A stretch of DNA of 64,000 nt from Mustelus asterias (Eukaryota), in assembly GCF_964213995.1 (NCBI RefSeq), contig NC_135814.1:54808001-54872000 (forward strand). Direction: 5' to 3'. The position numbers were made by a program, and so were the translations under genes. The notes under the pieces were generated by a model. It saw only the letters and a list, made by a program, of their open reading frames with translations. It was not told the origin of the DNA and made no database searches. Positions within the stretch are counted from its first letter, which is position 1; the number at the start of each line of letters is the position of its first letter. Below, piece after piece: positions 1-13,335 of the stretch.

Positions 1-271
1 TTCTAATATAATTATTTTCCTACTAAGTATCTTGTTTAGATCGATATTTTCTAAAATATCTATTTCTGAAAAGCGGTATTGATCCCCACAGGAGGGAAGA
101 ATGTCATTCTGAATTGAATCAATTGGTTATGTTCTTAACCAAGGAACTTTGGGGATAAACTCAAACTCAAAGGGCTTTGCTTCAATAGCCTTCCGGGGAG
201 TGTGCTCCACATTCTTTCAACATTTGTGAAAGAGTTTTCTTCCCTCCTGAAATACTTTTTAACCGGATTAT

Positions 272-406
272 GGGTGGGATTCTCGGGCTGCTTGCATCCC
301 AAGACCGGAAATTCCCACCTGACTTCAACAGACCTCTAAATGGTCTGCCGAATTTTCTGTCTCGCCCACTACAATTCCTGTGGTGGGCGAGATGGGAGAA
401 TTTCAG
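272..406. mobile_element. Short Harbinger-type MITE (~130 bp family)
   Basis: Imperfect inverted ends (gggtgggattctc ... gagaatttcagc). Internal similarity to copies at 31778, 48417 and 59895. Confidence 0.5.
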
Positions 407-1892
407 CGTATGTCTCATTCTGGGCGACCTTATTAAAGGAATTTTCATATCCTATCCTATCTTATCTCCTCCATTATTTTAAATTTGTCGGAGACTATCT
501 TGTTTTCATGATGCACACCAACACCATTGCTAACTTTATTGACAGCACATTTTCTTAATGTGAACATACGTCTACAATGCATCTGCAGCCTTATACTGAC
601 CTTCTCTACCATGTGCTCTCTGACCTTCAATCCCCAGGTCAAGTGAACCCATATGCAGTATAGAGTGTACCATATAGTATCTAATACTGGAGTCCACACA
701 TACAATCAGCTAATATCATGACTCAGATCACTGCTTAACCTCTAAATTTCCTTACGATAATTTAAGCAGCATCTCCACCTAACCTATTACCTTTTAACCC
801 TGCTGAGTTTTCACTACTTTCTACAGGAGCACTATGACTTCCTAAAAGATAGGGAGCCTAAAACTCCAAATGAGTTCTGACCAGTAATTGTAACTTCGAA
901 CTAGTATGGGAAGAAGAAGGACTTGCATTTATAAGAATGAGTTATCATTGTCACTCATGTACAGCAAATTACTACTACCCTTGTTAGGTTTTAGCTCCAT
1001 TTACATAATCTGTGCTGTCATGTTTTTCAATGTCCTTGGGTGATTAAAGCAATGCCATAAATCTTGAATTATTAGTGGGAAATTTGATGGTTTAATCATT
1101 GTGACATACCTGAACTCATTAGGAGACTTTCAGATCATTGATGTTAAAGATTAAGAGCAATGTTTAAATTGGGGTAGTTCAGATTCAGGTTCACTTGAGA
1201 AAGCTATTTATTTTGTGTCCTGTCACTTATTTTCTTTTGAGAAAGTTAGTTAAACCTTCATCCCAAATCTTCCATGATTGTTCATCAGAAAGCGGGGTAT
1301 GATTGCATTCGACATTTTACTGTTTTAATGGGGCAGGGTGAGAAACAGGTTATTTGACAAATTGCCTGTGGTTATCCTGTAGTCTGGTCCCCTGGGGAGT
1401 GTATGACTTCAGTTCCTGAATTGTGATGGGTGATTGAGTCTAATTTTCTAGATTCCACTTTCAAATCAAGTGAACTTGCCTTCAAGTCCATTTAAAATTC
1501 ATGCTCTGGTTGGTTTATTGAAAAGCTTTACCTTTCAAAATATTAAACACACAACCCATTATTCATTAGACCTGGAATTCTTATGTAGAATTTAGTACTA
1601 GAAGGAAGCTAAAAGTTGTTGAAGACAGGAATTTTTGAATTGTAAAGTTTAATGATAGCCTGGATTTTCTGGTCAATGGAAAAAAGGATATGTGGTGTTT
1701 TTGACTATTTCAAGTTGGACAAACTACCTGATATAATTGGCAAATGGCTAACCATCTAATTTAGTAATGGGAAATGTCAATTTATTTTTTAGGTTTTTTT
1801 TTGTTGCACCTTCAAAGGATTTGAAAAGCGACTTTAAGAATCCACTCTAATGACAGGTTGCAGCCAGGAGGGGGTCTGATCCCTTTACAATC

Positions 1893-4490
1893 TATCATCC
1901 TTCTTATTCGACAATCACTCGCGTATGATTGCCCACCTAAGAAACTCCGTGTCACTGGTCATGGGTTCTGTGGGTCTTTGTGTGGCTGATAATCCTGGAG
2001 GAGTCAGACAATGTTGATGAATTGCTCTGGCCTTTGTTGCTCCTGGCATTTCACTTCTTGTTGTGCAGTGAAAATCATGTTGACTGTTCCACAGTTTAGT
2101 TGGTAGCCGTACTGGCTTTCCGGAAGGATTTCTTCAGAGTGGAAGCAGGTGGCTAGTGAGGATCTGGGTGATGATTTTACTGATGGAGAGCAGGGAGATT
2201 CCCACCATCCACTTTATTTCTTTCTTGAAGATGGTGGCAATGGCAGCATCCAAAGTTGGCAGGGATTTCTTCTTTTTCCCAGATTTTCAGGACCAGCTGA
2301 TAGAGATAATGGGTGATCTCCTCTCCTCCAAGTTTGAACATTTCTGCTGGAATCCCATCCACTCCTGGAGCTTTTCCATTATTCGTGTTTAATGGTAGCT
2401 TCGACTTCATTCAAGCTTTCCATGCTGGTTACAGGCCGGGTGTTGGGTCCATATATTGCCTTGGTGGCACTGAAGAAGCCTCGGGTGATTGTTTGTTGGT
2501 AAGGAGTTCCAGTTCCTTAGCTTTATCAGTTCACCATTTATCCTTCATTTCTCTCATTCTTCTTTGTACCTCTGCCTTTGCTGTTTAAGTTCTCCTCTTT
2601 GCTTTGCTGGTGATGTTTTGCCAGGACGAGAGCTTTCCCCTTGTCGATGCAGTCTTGGATGATGTGGTCATTCTCGTTAAAACAGTTTTTCTTTTTTAAT
2701 TAATTCATGGGACATGGGAGCGCTGGCTGGTCAGCATTTATTGCCCATCCCTCGTTGCCCTTGTTTAGAGAGCAGTTGAGAGTCAACCACGTTATTGTAG
2801 CTCTGGAGTCGCATGTAGGCCAGACCAGGTAAGGACAGCAGATTTCCTCCCCTAAAGGACATTAGTGAACCAGATGGGTTTTTCCGACAATCGACAATGG
2901 TTTCATGGTCATCGGTAGATTCTTAGTTCCAGCTATTTTAATTCAAATTCCACCATCTGCCATGACAGGATTTGAATCTGGGTCCCCAGAACATTAGCTG
3001 AGTTTCTAGTAATAATAGTCTAGTGATAATATCACCTAGGCCATCGCCTTCCCCGTCTTCACAGCTTGATGATGGTGTCTTCAGCTCTTTCCAGTTTTTC
3101 TCCACTACACTAGAATGAATGTATTGGAGATTTTGGTGAAGGCATTGTTGAAAGTTTTCTAGCATGCATTGGTCTTGAAGCTGTTTCTTCTTCAGCTGTT
3201 TCTGGGAGAGACTGATGGACATAAAAGAGTAGATGAGTCAGTGGTGTGTCCAGCAGTTGTCTGCACTGGTCATTACTTAGGCGATGAGGGTATCCTTTTG
3301 ATCTCGGGCTGGATGATTACAAAAGTCGATGTGCCAGTGTTTTGATTCAGATGTCTCCAGGAAGTCTTGCACTTGTCTTTTTGGTGGAACAGTGCGTTAA
3401 TGATGATAGGCTGGTGTTCTGCACATTTGGTGGGCAGGAGAATCCCATTTCAGTTGCAATTCCCAACTCCTTCGTTTCCAGAATCGGCAGTCCTTTCCAA
3501 CTCTGGTGTTGAAGTCCCAAGGAGGATGATCTTCATTAGGAATGTCGGAGAGTATGGTGTTCAGGGTGGAGTAGAAGCCACTTTAGACTAGTCATCGGCA
3601 CTTACTATCATTGCCCACTGGTTCTTGGCAAGTTGTGGATGGAGAGTATGAGGCTTCAATGATATCAACAGGAAGCTCAAGAGTCGGTTGATAACTTCAT
3701 TCTTGATGATGAATCCAATTCCATGCATCCTGGGCTGATCCTTGGGTTTTCCTCTCCAGAAGAAAGTGTAACCATTGTCTCCTTCCCTTAGCTGCTCTTG
3801 TGGAAGCGCCTGGGTTCATGGGCAACAATGGCAGTTCTCCATTCTGGTTGTTCGTTTTGCTAGTTATCCATGAGGTTCTGAAATTGAGTTTAACTTTTGA
3901 TTTCTGACTGCAAGTAGATGAGCCTGCTGGATGTGGTTTTCCAGACAGGTTGCTGACGGAACAGACATTTTTTTGGTCACCTTTTTCTAACCTCTTCCCC
4001 ATGCATGGTGAGTGGAGTAGGCCCTGAGGAGGGCTGCTTAGTCATGAGAAAGTTGCCAAAATGTGTGCTTGTTCCTATTCCAAGAACGAGACATCCGAAT
4101 CAAACTCCATGGTCTATGTGCCAATCTGAGGCTAGGGACTTCCAGGTCTCACGGTCTTGTCCCTGTCACATCTCGCCGATCACCACAGGGCTTTTTTGTG
4201 TGGGGGCGGGGAAAACACACGTAGGCCCAGTTCCAATGGCAAGAGGACCTTGATGACTGGGGTCTCCCTTCTGCTGCAACCTTCATCCGCCATCTCAGCC
4301 ATGGATGTCACGTGGCTGCCTGATCCATCGTTGAGGACTTGTTTCGGATTGTGCTTTGTCTAGTTCCTCCCCTCCGACCTTGCTATCATGGGTGACCCTG
4401 CCAGGGGTTTAAGATACTCGGTGGCTTTGCATCTGGGATTAATGGAACGCTCAAACCTTTCCACCACGGCAAGGTGACAATCTGTGGAAA
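1893..4490 (-). mobile_element. Degenerate RTE-clade LINE (endonuclease + RT remnants)
   Basis: ORF 2177..2410 has NGKAPGVDGIPAEMFKLGGEEITHYLYQLVLKIWEKEEIP, typical of RTE/BovB ORF2. APE-endonuclease-like remnants lie at 3300-3900. Many frameshifts. Confidence 0.8.
2686..3056 (-). mobile_element. tRNA-derived SINE with Meta-domain-like core, nested in the RTE LINE
   Basis: Minus strand shows a tRNA-like head (gatggcctaggtg ... agattcaaatcct), core gattgtcggaaaaacccatctggttcactaatgtcctttagg, tail gggcaataaatgctg and an A-rich end. Domain name is from recall. Confidence 0.65.
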
Positions 4491-5149
4491 AGACTTTAAC
4501 CATTTCAGAGGTGAACTTCTAGTTTCCACATTCTCTCTTGGGAAGTGTTTTTGATATGTACTGAGAATTATAAAGCTTATATTTATACTATTTAATGCTG
4601 AATACTGTTCTTTGTCTACTTTATTTCAATGAATTTGACTGCTGTTCTATAGACTGAGTCTTGGTCTGAGAGAGTATCTGCTGAGTAACATGGCAGCATG
4701 TAATATGTCCCAATAATCTGGAGTATAATGAGGCTTCTGTCTTCCATCACTATTGTTTTGGATTGTAGGAATATGAATGAGGTCCATTTCAACAAACAAG
4801 TGGTTAATGGTGTACAATTTGGGCAGAATATCTTTCATCCTATCTAAAAACTGAACCCCTTTGACTGCTTGATTCTATTGGTGTGAAAAGTGACCGCAGC
4901 CATAACAATGGTGAAGGGGGGGGATTAATATTTGTTGAAAGGGTAAGGTTTAAAAATGCAACTTGCAAAGACTTGATGAGTAGTTTGTGATTTTAAAAAT
5001 GGAACATAATTATGCCTAAATTGAATAAATGAACTTTAAAGGTCACTACAAAGAAGGAAAGAACATAACTCAAGGCCTACTTCCTTCCCTTGACAAAAAT
5101 AAATTGCTGAGATGAAATGCATGACACGGTTTAAACAGTCAGCGATCAA

Positions 5150-6065
5150 GAATGTTACAGTGCAGGAGGAAACCATTCAGCCTGTTGTGTCTGCTCCAGC
5201 TCTGAGCAATTCATCTAGTGCCACACTCCTGCCTCCTCCCTCTACCCTGCACATGGTTCCTGTTCAGGTAACAGTCTAATTCCATTTTGAATGTCAGGCA
5301 GAGCATTCCAGATGCCACCCACTCAGTGCAAATTTTCCTCCTGTTGCTCTTCTTTATCCAATCACTACAAACCTGTGCCATCTCATTCTTGATACTTTCA
5401 CCAATGGGAACATTTTTTCTCTATCTACCCCATCGAAGCACCTCGTGATTTTGAATATTTATACCAATCTCCCCTCAGTCTTTTCTTCAGCAAAGGCAGT
5501 CCAAACTTCTCTTGTCTCTCCATGTAACTGAAATTCCTCAACCTTGGAACTATTCTCATGAATCCTTTCTGCACACTTTCCAAAACCTTCTCATCATTCG
5601 TAAAGTGTGGTGCCCAGAATTGGACACAATACTAGTTAAGGACGAATCAGTGTCTTATGCAAGTTCAGCATAGCTTCCTTGCTCTTGTACATTTTATTAA
5701 CTGCTTTCTCAATCTGTCCTGCCACCTTACTGGATTATGCACAACTAGACCCCACCAGGTTTCTCTGTTCCTGACCCCTTTTTTATATTGTTCCTGTATT
5801 CTTCCTACCAAAATGAATCGTTTCATGTTTCTCCACATTAAACTTTCATCTGCCACCTATCTGACCATTCCACTGAATTGTTATCCTTAAGTCTATATAT
5901 TTCTCCGTTCACATCTCTTCCAAATTTCGTATTTGCAATGTTTTGAAATTGTGCCCTGTACACAAAGGTATAGATCACTGACTCCTGGGGAACTTCACTA
6001 CAAACCTTCCCCAGCCCAAAAATCATCCATTAACTATTATTCTCTGTCACTTAGCCAATTTTGAA
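5150..6065 (-). mobile_element. Old CR1-type LINE 3' fragment
   Basis: Reverse complement carries CR1 ORF2 C-terminal remnants (YCVQFWAP-like ccagaattggacacaatac; ANTKFG) and a CR1-type 3' tail near 5150. Confidence 0.7.
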
Positions 6066-6069
6066 TCTG

Positions 6070-6422
6070 TAGAAAAAATCATAGAAAGAAATCATAGAAA
6101 CCCTCCAGTACAGAAAGAGGCCATTCGGCCCATCGAGTCTGCACCGACCACAATCCCACCCAGGCCCTACCCTCATATATTTTACCCACTAATCCCTCTA
6201 ATCTATGCATCCCAGGACACTAAGGGGCAATTTTGGCATAGCCAATCAACCTAACCCGCACATCTTTGGATTGTGGGAGGAAACCGGAGCTCCCGGAGGA
6301 AACCCACGCAGACACGAGGAGAATGTGCAAACTCCACACAGACAGTGACCCAAGCCGGGAATCGAACCCAGGTCCCTGGAGCTGTGAAGCAGCAGTGCTA
6401 ACCACTGTGCTACCGTGCCGCC
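6070..6422 (-). mobile_element. HE1-type V-SINE (young, full length)
   Basis: tRNA A box (tagcacagtgg), B box (gggttcgattccc), V-domain ctgtgtggagtttgcacattctcc and a ttctatga-type CR1-like tail. Almost identical to the copy at 50615. Confidence 0.9.
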
Positions 6423-9400
6423 AGAAGTGCTGGGTTTCCCGAACACTGACAACAAGGACTTGTAACAAACAATACTTTATTCACTAGCTAAGCGGCTACC
6501 CCATTTTTGTGCTCTGCCTGAACTCTGGAGAGAACTCCCATGCTCCAATCACGTGACCCTTTTTTGTAGCCTCATCATGTGACCACTTTGTCTACATCTT
6601 CTTTCCCCCCACCCCTTATGTTGGGACGGTGGTGCTATTACAATGTAACAGTGTGTGCAAATGCTAACTGCATATGAACCCTGATATAACACCAACTGAA
6701 CAGACTTAACAATACATAACTATTTGCATATGGTGAAACATGGATTAAGTTGAGCATAACCCATCACATCTCCTTATTGTACAAAGATGAGATTCAAAGA
6801 CCAGTTGCAGACTAGGTAGTGACGTAGTCCTGGAGCCTTGTATTCAGTTTTACAGTCCATAGTGTTTTCCATGGCAAATTAACTTTAACTCATTCCTTTG
6901 TGTGTTCAAGTATTTTTTGATTTAGTTATTTTTCATACTCCTACTCCACCAGTCTAATTGGCAGACTGTTAACAATTTCTGTTTATCCTTAACCTCTGAG
7001 ACCTGAGGTTGTGCTCCTTTCCTCTTGCTGGGTATCTGTGACCATCAATTATTGCTCAGTACATTACACAACTGTTTATTATTCATGTGCTAGCCCAGAT
7101 ATTCAGTGCCAACTTGCTGTTCAACCAGAGGAATTACTATACCTGACTGTGTTCCCCATCTGGAATTTTACACCAAAGTTATCCTGGTATTGCACTGTGT
7201 TACACTCTAATTTAGCCAAAGCCATTACTAGTAATAGTGGGTACCTGCTCAATTTTATTCTTGCCTCAAAGACCAAGTTGTTGAGACCTTTGCTGGAAGA
7301 TACTTAAATGTGAAAAAGAGTCTACCTTGAAAATGTGGAGATGCTTTGTTGAATGTCGAAAAGCTGTATTTAGCTACTTTGATTATAAAAGTTAGTATCT
7401 GATGGTGTACAGTGAAAGGAATAGTGGGAATTTAAGAAAACGCACTGAAATCTACAGAGCAGAGGGACGAACTCAGAAGAAATTGTTCGGTTTTCTTAAT
7501 TTGAGTGAGATGGGGTTCCTGGTGACTGGTATCTAGGAATAGGAATCCTGGTCATTTTTATCTCTCCTCATAACTCAGGGCATCTCTGTCTGAATCCTCT
7601 TCCTCCTCTTCTTCCAACTCTTGTTCTTCTGCTAAGCTGTGTTGATCTAGCACATCGGCATCTTCAAGATCCACATGTCTCGGTAGGCCATATTGCACAG
7701 CAAACCTGAGCCATGTGAAGGTCCAGGCGTGGAAAGTGCATCTTCAGAAGCCTGATATCCTGCTTGGTGGTGGTCTTTGGGAGCAAATAGTTTTGATTGT
7801 AACAATGGCTCTGGTAAAGAAGTGAATAGTCATCACTTCAAGGAATATCTGTTGTCTCCCTGAAAGACCAGTATGGATTTTGTTGTCCTGAATGCAGTTC
7901 TCCAGATGGGATCTAAGCAAGAGTCTGTATGACATAATTTCCTCTCCTTTGTATTCCAACCCTCTTAACATAACAGCCAACATACCATTAGCCTTTTTCA
8001 TGGATTTGTGGTTGTGTCACTCTGTCTAATCATAAACTTCCCTTCTGACACTTGCTGATGCTAACAGCTTTCTTGAGGAAATAGGAATCTGTAATTTGCA
8101 TGTATTTTCATTTGATTCCCAGCTTTCATTCCACTCTTTCTAATGGGCTCTCTCAGCTCACATGTTGTCAGATTAAATAGTTTTGAATGAACAATTTCAA
8201 ATATCTTGTAACATGTCCTGAAAGATATCAGAACAAGTGTTTGACAGATGATTCCCTAAAGGGACACAACAATACTATGCAATCATATGTCATCACTATA
8301 ATCTAATCACCTGTTTCCAAGTGCTACATACAACTGCTCAGGTCCTTGTCAAAACCCTTTCACAGCTCTTGTCAACAGCACAATTGCTTCTACAACTGAA
8401 TGGAGCTACTTTATCTTTAACAAGTCCAATGCTGGCATTAGACATCAGACTGTTAGATTTTTTTTTAATGGTCATATGAATAAATACTGTGAAGTAATTC
8501 AAATATGCTGTATGGATATTTTTGTGTTTTTATACAGGCTGAGAAATCTTTTGGCCTGGAAAATGCCGATACTGTAGCCAAAGCAGTTATTGTTGATGGG
8601 ATTATTAATGTCACCTTTCCTAATAAAAAAAAAACTCAAAGCATCCCACTTTCTGCAAAATTTTGTGGAGGTGGGAATGTATCATGGAGTTGGTCTGACC
8701 CGCCGACCAATCGTCACAGAATTTGTTTTTGACTGTTTATACTTCAAGGACCAAATCAATGGTGAATATAATATGGTTTGTAAGCAGGATTAGAGCGTTT
8801 CCATAGTGATGGTGAAATAATCTGCCAACCTCCAGCGTCTTAATGTAATGATACGAGGTGGAAAAAAAAATCACGTATTAATGACCAAGTTATTTAAAAT
8901 AATTTCTGTTAAAGCCTGTCTGTGCTTTGAAATAAAACAGCAGTCTTGATGCTGTAATGCTTACGGAATTGCTGACCTGCCATTCTCCAGGTGATGACCT
9001 GTGGTCTTTACTATGCGGAGTGGGAACAAAATTAGGGAAAGATTGGTGTGGATGAGCAGATCATGAGATGCAGGGAAAGAGACGTTCCAAAAAATTATTG
9101 TGATGCTCTAAGCATTTAAAAACAAATCTGATCTTTCACCGGCTGTTCTTTGTGTGGAAGAAAGTTGTGTCTGAGTATTGAATGCTTGGATAAAGTATCA
9201 AACCAGAAATTATCTATACTGCTAAAAGAAATTGTAATTACATATTATTTTTCCTCATTTGCTTTCTCGAAAATGACAATTTATAGTGGGCTGTATTCCA
9301 AGGGCAATAGCACCCTCGATGAAGTATTTAGAATCATGGAATTATATAACGCAAAAAGAGACCATTCAGCCCATTGCACCTGCACCTTTGAAAAGACTAT

Positions 9401-9436
9401 CCAAATCCATTCAGCTCCCTGGCTCCATCTGCATAG

Positions 9437-9534
9437 TAAGAAGTCTCACAACACCAGGTTAAAGTATACTTTCAGTTGTGAGACTTCTTACTGTGCTTAC
9501 CCCAGTCCAACGCCGGCATCTCCACATCATGACT
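9437..9534. mobile_element. Tiny Penelope terminal-repeat fragment with internal inversion and 13-bp TSD
   Basis: TCCATCTGCATAG at 9424-9436 and 9535-9547. agtaagaagtctcacaac (9435-9452) is inverted at 9475-9492. Matches the end of the Penelope element at ~54225-54255. Confidence 0.75.
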
Positions 9535-10117
9535 TCCATCTGCATAGCCCTGTCATTTATTTTTGCTCCATGTATTTATCCAATTTTGTTTTGAAAGTTG
9601 TATTTAAACTTGGATAGATTACCCTTTCAGGTAATAGATTCCAAATCACCACAACTTGTAACAATTTCAAACAATCCTTGTTATTGCTTTTCTCTATCCC
9701 CTCAAATGTCTGGTTACTGATCCTGGAAATAGTATATCCTGATTTACTCTATCAAAAATACATGATTTTTTTGCCCTCTCCCCAGCAATTGAATCTCCTC
9801 CTCCCCTACTATACACTAAGGCGAACAATGCTAGCTCTCCCTACTGTCTCTGGATGGGTATTTTTCATAAGGATATCTGATTATTGGAGAAGAGGAGGGA
9901 AGGAAAGACTGAGATATTCCCAGGAGAGTCTGATTGTTTTTCTGTTATGTCACTGGATAAGGAATGGGAACTGAAGACCATCTTCCTTGGCCCCAGGCCA
10001 GAAGACTAACTAAACTGCCAGAGGTCATTTAACTTAGTACAGACCAGAGGTTAACCTGTGAATTTCTGGTGTATGGCTTCGTATTGCTCTAGTCAGTACA
10101 TTTACTGTTGAACAGTA

Positions 10118-11970
10118 AAGGAAGGAGCTTAAGAAGGAAATTAGGAGAGCGAGAAGGGGTCATGAGAAGACCTTGGCGGGTAAGATTAAGGAGAATCCCA
10201 AGGCTTTCTACAAATATGTCAAGAGTAAAAGGATGAGATGTGAAGGCATAGGACCCTTAAAAGGTGAAGGGGGAAAAGTTTGTGCGGAACCGTTAGAAAT
10301 GGCGGAGGTGCTTAATGAATACTTTACCTCGGTATTCACGGTGGAAAGGGATCTGGGTGGTTGTACTGCTGGTTTGCGGTGGACAGAAAGGATCGAGCAT
10401 GTGGACATAAAGAAAGAGGATGTGTTGGAACTATTGAATGGCATCAAGGTTGGTAAGTCGCCGGGACCGGATGGGATGTACCCCAGGTTACTGTGGGAGG
10501 CGAGGGAGGAGATTGCGGAGCCTTTGGCGATGATCTTTGCATCGTCGATGGAGACGGGAGAGGTTCCGGAGGATTGGAGGATTGCAGATGTGGTCCCTAT
10601 ATTCAAGAAAGGGAACAGGGACAGCCCGGGAAATTACCGACCGGTGAGTCTAACCTCAGTGGTTGGTAAGTTGATGGAGAGGATCCTGAGAGACAGGATT
10701 TATGATCATCTAGAGAAGTTTAGTATGATCAAAAGTAGTCAGCACGGCTTTGTCAAGGGCAGGTCGTGCCTTACGAGCCTGGTTGAGTTCTTTGAAAATG
10801 TGACCAAACACATTGACGAAGGAAGAGCGGTGGATGTGGTCTATATGGACTTCAGCAAGGCGTTCGATAAGGTCCCCCATGCAAGACTTCTTGAGAAAGT
10901 GAGAGGGCATGGGATCCAAGGGGCTGTTGCCTTGTGGATCCAGAACTGGCTTGCCTGCAGAAGGCAGAGAGTGGCTGTGGAGGGGTCTTTCTCTGCATGG
11001 AGGTCAGTGACCAGTGGAGTGCCCCAGGGATCTGTTCTGGGACCCTTGCTGGATGAGGAAGTGGAGGGATGGGTTGGTAAGTTTGCTGACGACACCAAGG
11101 TAGGTGGTGTTGTGGATAGTTTGGAGGGATGTCAGAAGTTGCAGCGAGACATAGATAGAATGCAAGACTGGGCGGAGAAGTGGCAGATGGACTTCAACCC
11201 GGATAAGTGTGTAGTGATCCATTTTGGCAGATCCAATGGGATGAAGCAGCAGTATAATATGAAGGGTACCATTCTTAGCAGTGTAGAGGATCAGAAGGAC
11301 CTTGGGGTCCGGGTCCATAGGACTCTTAAATCGGCCTCGCAGGTGGAGGATGCGGTCAAGAAGGCGTACTAGCCTTCATTAATCGAGGGATTGAGTTTAG
11401 GAGTCGGGAGATAATGCTGCAGCTTTATAGGACCCTTGTTAGACCCCACTTGGAGTACTGCACGCAGTTCTGGTCACCTCATTACAGGAAAGATGTTGAA
11501 GCCATTGAAAGGGTGCAGAGGAGATTTACAAGGATGTTGCCTGGATTGGGGGGCATGCCTTATGAGGATAGGTTGAGGGAGCTTGGTCTCTTCTCCCTGG
11601 AGAGACGAAGGATGAGAGGTGACCTGATAGAGGTTTACAAGATGTTGAGAGGTCTGGATAGGGTAGACTCTCAGAGGCTATTTCCAAGGGCTGAAATGGT
11701 TGCTACGAGAGGACACAGGTTTAAGGTGCTGGGGGGTAGGTACAGAGGAGATGTCAGGGGTAAGTTTTTCACTCAGAGGGTGGTGGGTGAGTGGAATCGG
11801 CTGACGTCGGTGGTGGTGGAGGCAAACTCGTTGGGGTCTTTTAAGAGACTTCTGGATGAGTACATGGGATTTAATGGGATTGAGGGATATAGATAGGCCT
11901 AGAGGTAGGGATATGATCAGCGCAACTTGTGGGGCGAAGGGCCTGTTTGTGCTGTGACTTTCTATGTTCT
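10118..11970 (+). mobile_element. Young 5'-truncated CR1/HER1-type LINE (ORF2 RT)
   Basis: ORFs 10173..11372 and 11414..11896 contain KSPGPDG, NYRPVSLTS, DFSKAFDKV, GVPQGSVLGP, FADD and LEYCTQFWSP. 3' tail ttctatgttct. Frameshift near 11368. Confidence 0.95.
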
Positions 11971-13149
11971 AACATTGTAGGGTATAGTTTTTCTTTTCTT
12001 TTAGAAAGATAATGATCACTACATTTAAATACTTGAACATCTCTGAAGAGGAAAAAAAAATGACGATTTGGTCTACTTCACAATAGATGCAGACCTATAA
12101 TCTTTCCCAAACCATCATTTGGTCTGATGCCTCGATGAAGGGCTAGCTGGATCTGATGGTTGAAGCACTTCATTTGAAATACTAAATGGGAAAGAAAGAG
12201 AAGAAAAGTGTAAAGTGAAATACTTTCAGCGTGAGGTACTTCCTCTCCATGTTCTGTTCCATTTTGAGCGTCTTTCTGCAGAATGCCACTCTATTCAAAT
12301 CATCTATGGAGCCACTTTCCCATTAGGTCACAATACAGACAATTTGATTACCTGGCGTTTGAGCTGGAAAGAGAGCAATATAGGGCTGGGTTCTCTGGCA
12401 GCTAAGTGGTGAAGTAATGCATGGTTACCTGAGTGTCAACACATATAGTGGTGTCGTTCTGTGCTTGAGTTTCCAATTTGAGAGGTAACGGTTTAGAACA
12501 ATCCAGCATACTCAGTGGCCATTTGGTTGCAGCTCTGTGACTATCTGATGCAGGTAGGTGCAACAAAATTATCAATGAAACAGGAGATCATCTAGTTCCC
12601 AGAAAAGTCATACTATGGCACTAAAGGACATTTCTCTGGATACAATAACTTGGGACACCAGACACAGGAATTATTGGTCCAAATCTTTGGCCGGAATGTT
12701 AAGCCCCCAAGTCTGTGGCATTTTGCATGACTGCCGGAGAACCCACTGTGTGGGGTTTCACTTCAGCTGGGATTGGAAGAATCCGCTGGTGGGAAGGGTC
12801 CAAAAATCCCACCCTTCGTCTCTGGATCATCTGAGATGGGACATAGTCAAGAAATGCCCATATGTCCCTGCAAACGTCTACATGCATGGATATATGTGGT
12901 AATTGCCAAGGACGTTGAAACTTCAAATGGGCTGAATTCTCTGCTGGGACTTGTGAATGTTTCTGACCCAGAGCTTAGGACTTGGGTGGATATACGAGAT
13001 TTAGCTGTGTACTTAAACTGTCTAACATTTCTGGGGTAAAACCTGGGCTAACAGCTTGGTAACTGCACATTTGATGCACCCTCCTGACCGGACCCGACTT
13101 CTCAGCTGACTGCCTGCTCACTCGCCTATTTAAAAGCTTGGACCTTTTT

Positions 13150-13335
13150 AAAAACATTTGAGTAAGGTAGCTAATGTATTATCTCCCAAGTTTGCAGATG
13201 ATACAAAGTTGGGTGGAAGAGTGTACTGTAAGGAGGATGCAGAGATGCTTCAGCGTGATTTGGGTAGGCTGAATGAGTGGGTATATGCATGGCAGATGCA
13301 GTATAATGTGGATAAGTTTGAGGTTATCCACTGGT
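13150..13335 (+). mobile_element. CR1 RT fragment
   Basis: Encodes SKFADDTKLGG...WQMQYNVDK. Confidence 0.75.

Noticed and set aside
6220-6487. Recurrent short ORFs (GTVAQWLALL..., MDCGRKPE...) here and at 17.2, 18.9, 30.8, 34.7 and 50.6 kb
   Set aside because: They are translations of SINE copies, not a gene family. The tRNA-like heads are SINE promoters, not tRNA genes.
8505-8732. ORF starting MLYG with a strong acceptor-like tttatacag at 8531-8537
   Set aside because: No similarity to Epac2. The best nearby donor (G|gtggga) is weak and phase-incompatible with the phase-0 exon at 16744.
9150-9617. 155-aa ORF
   Set aside because: It runs across a CR1-type tail and a Penelope fragment, with no recognisable domain.
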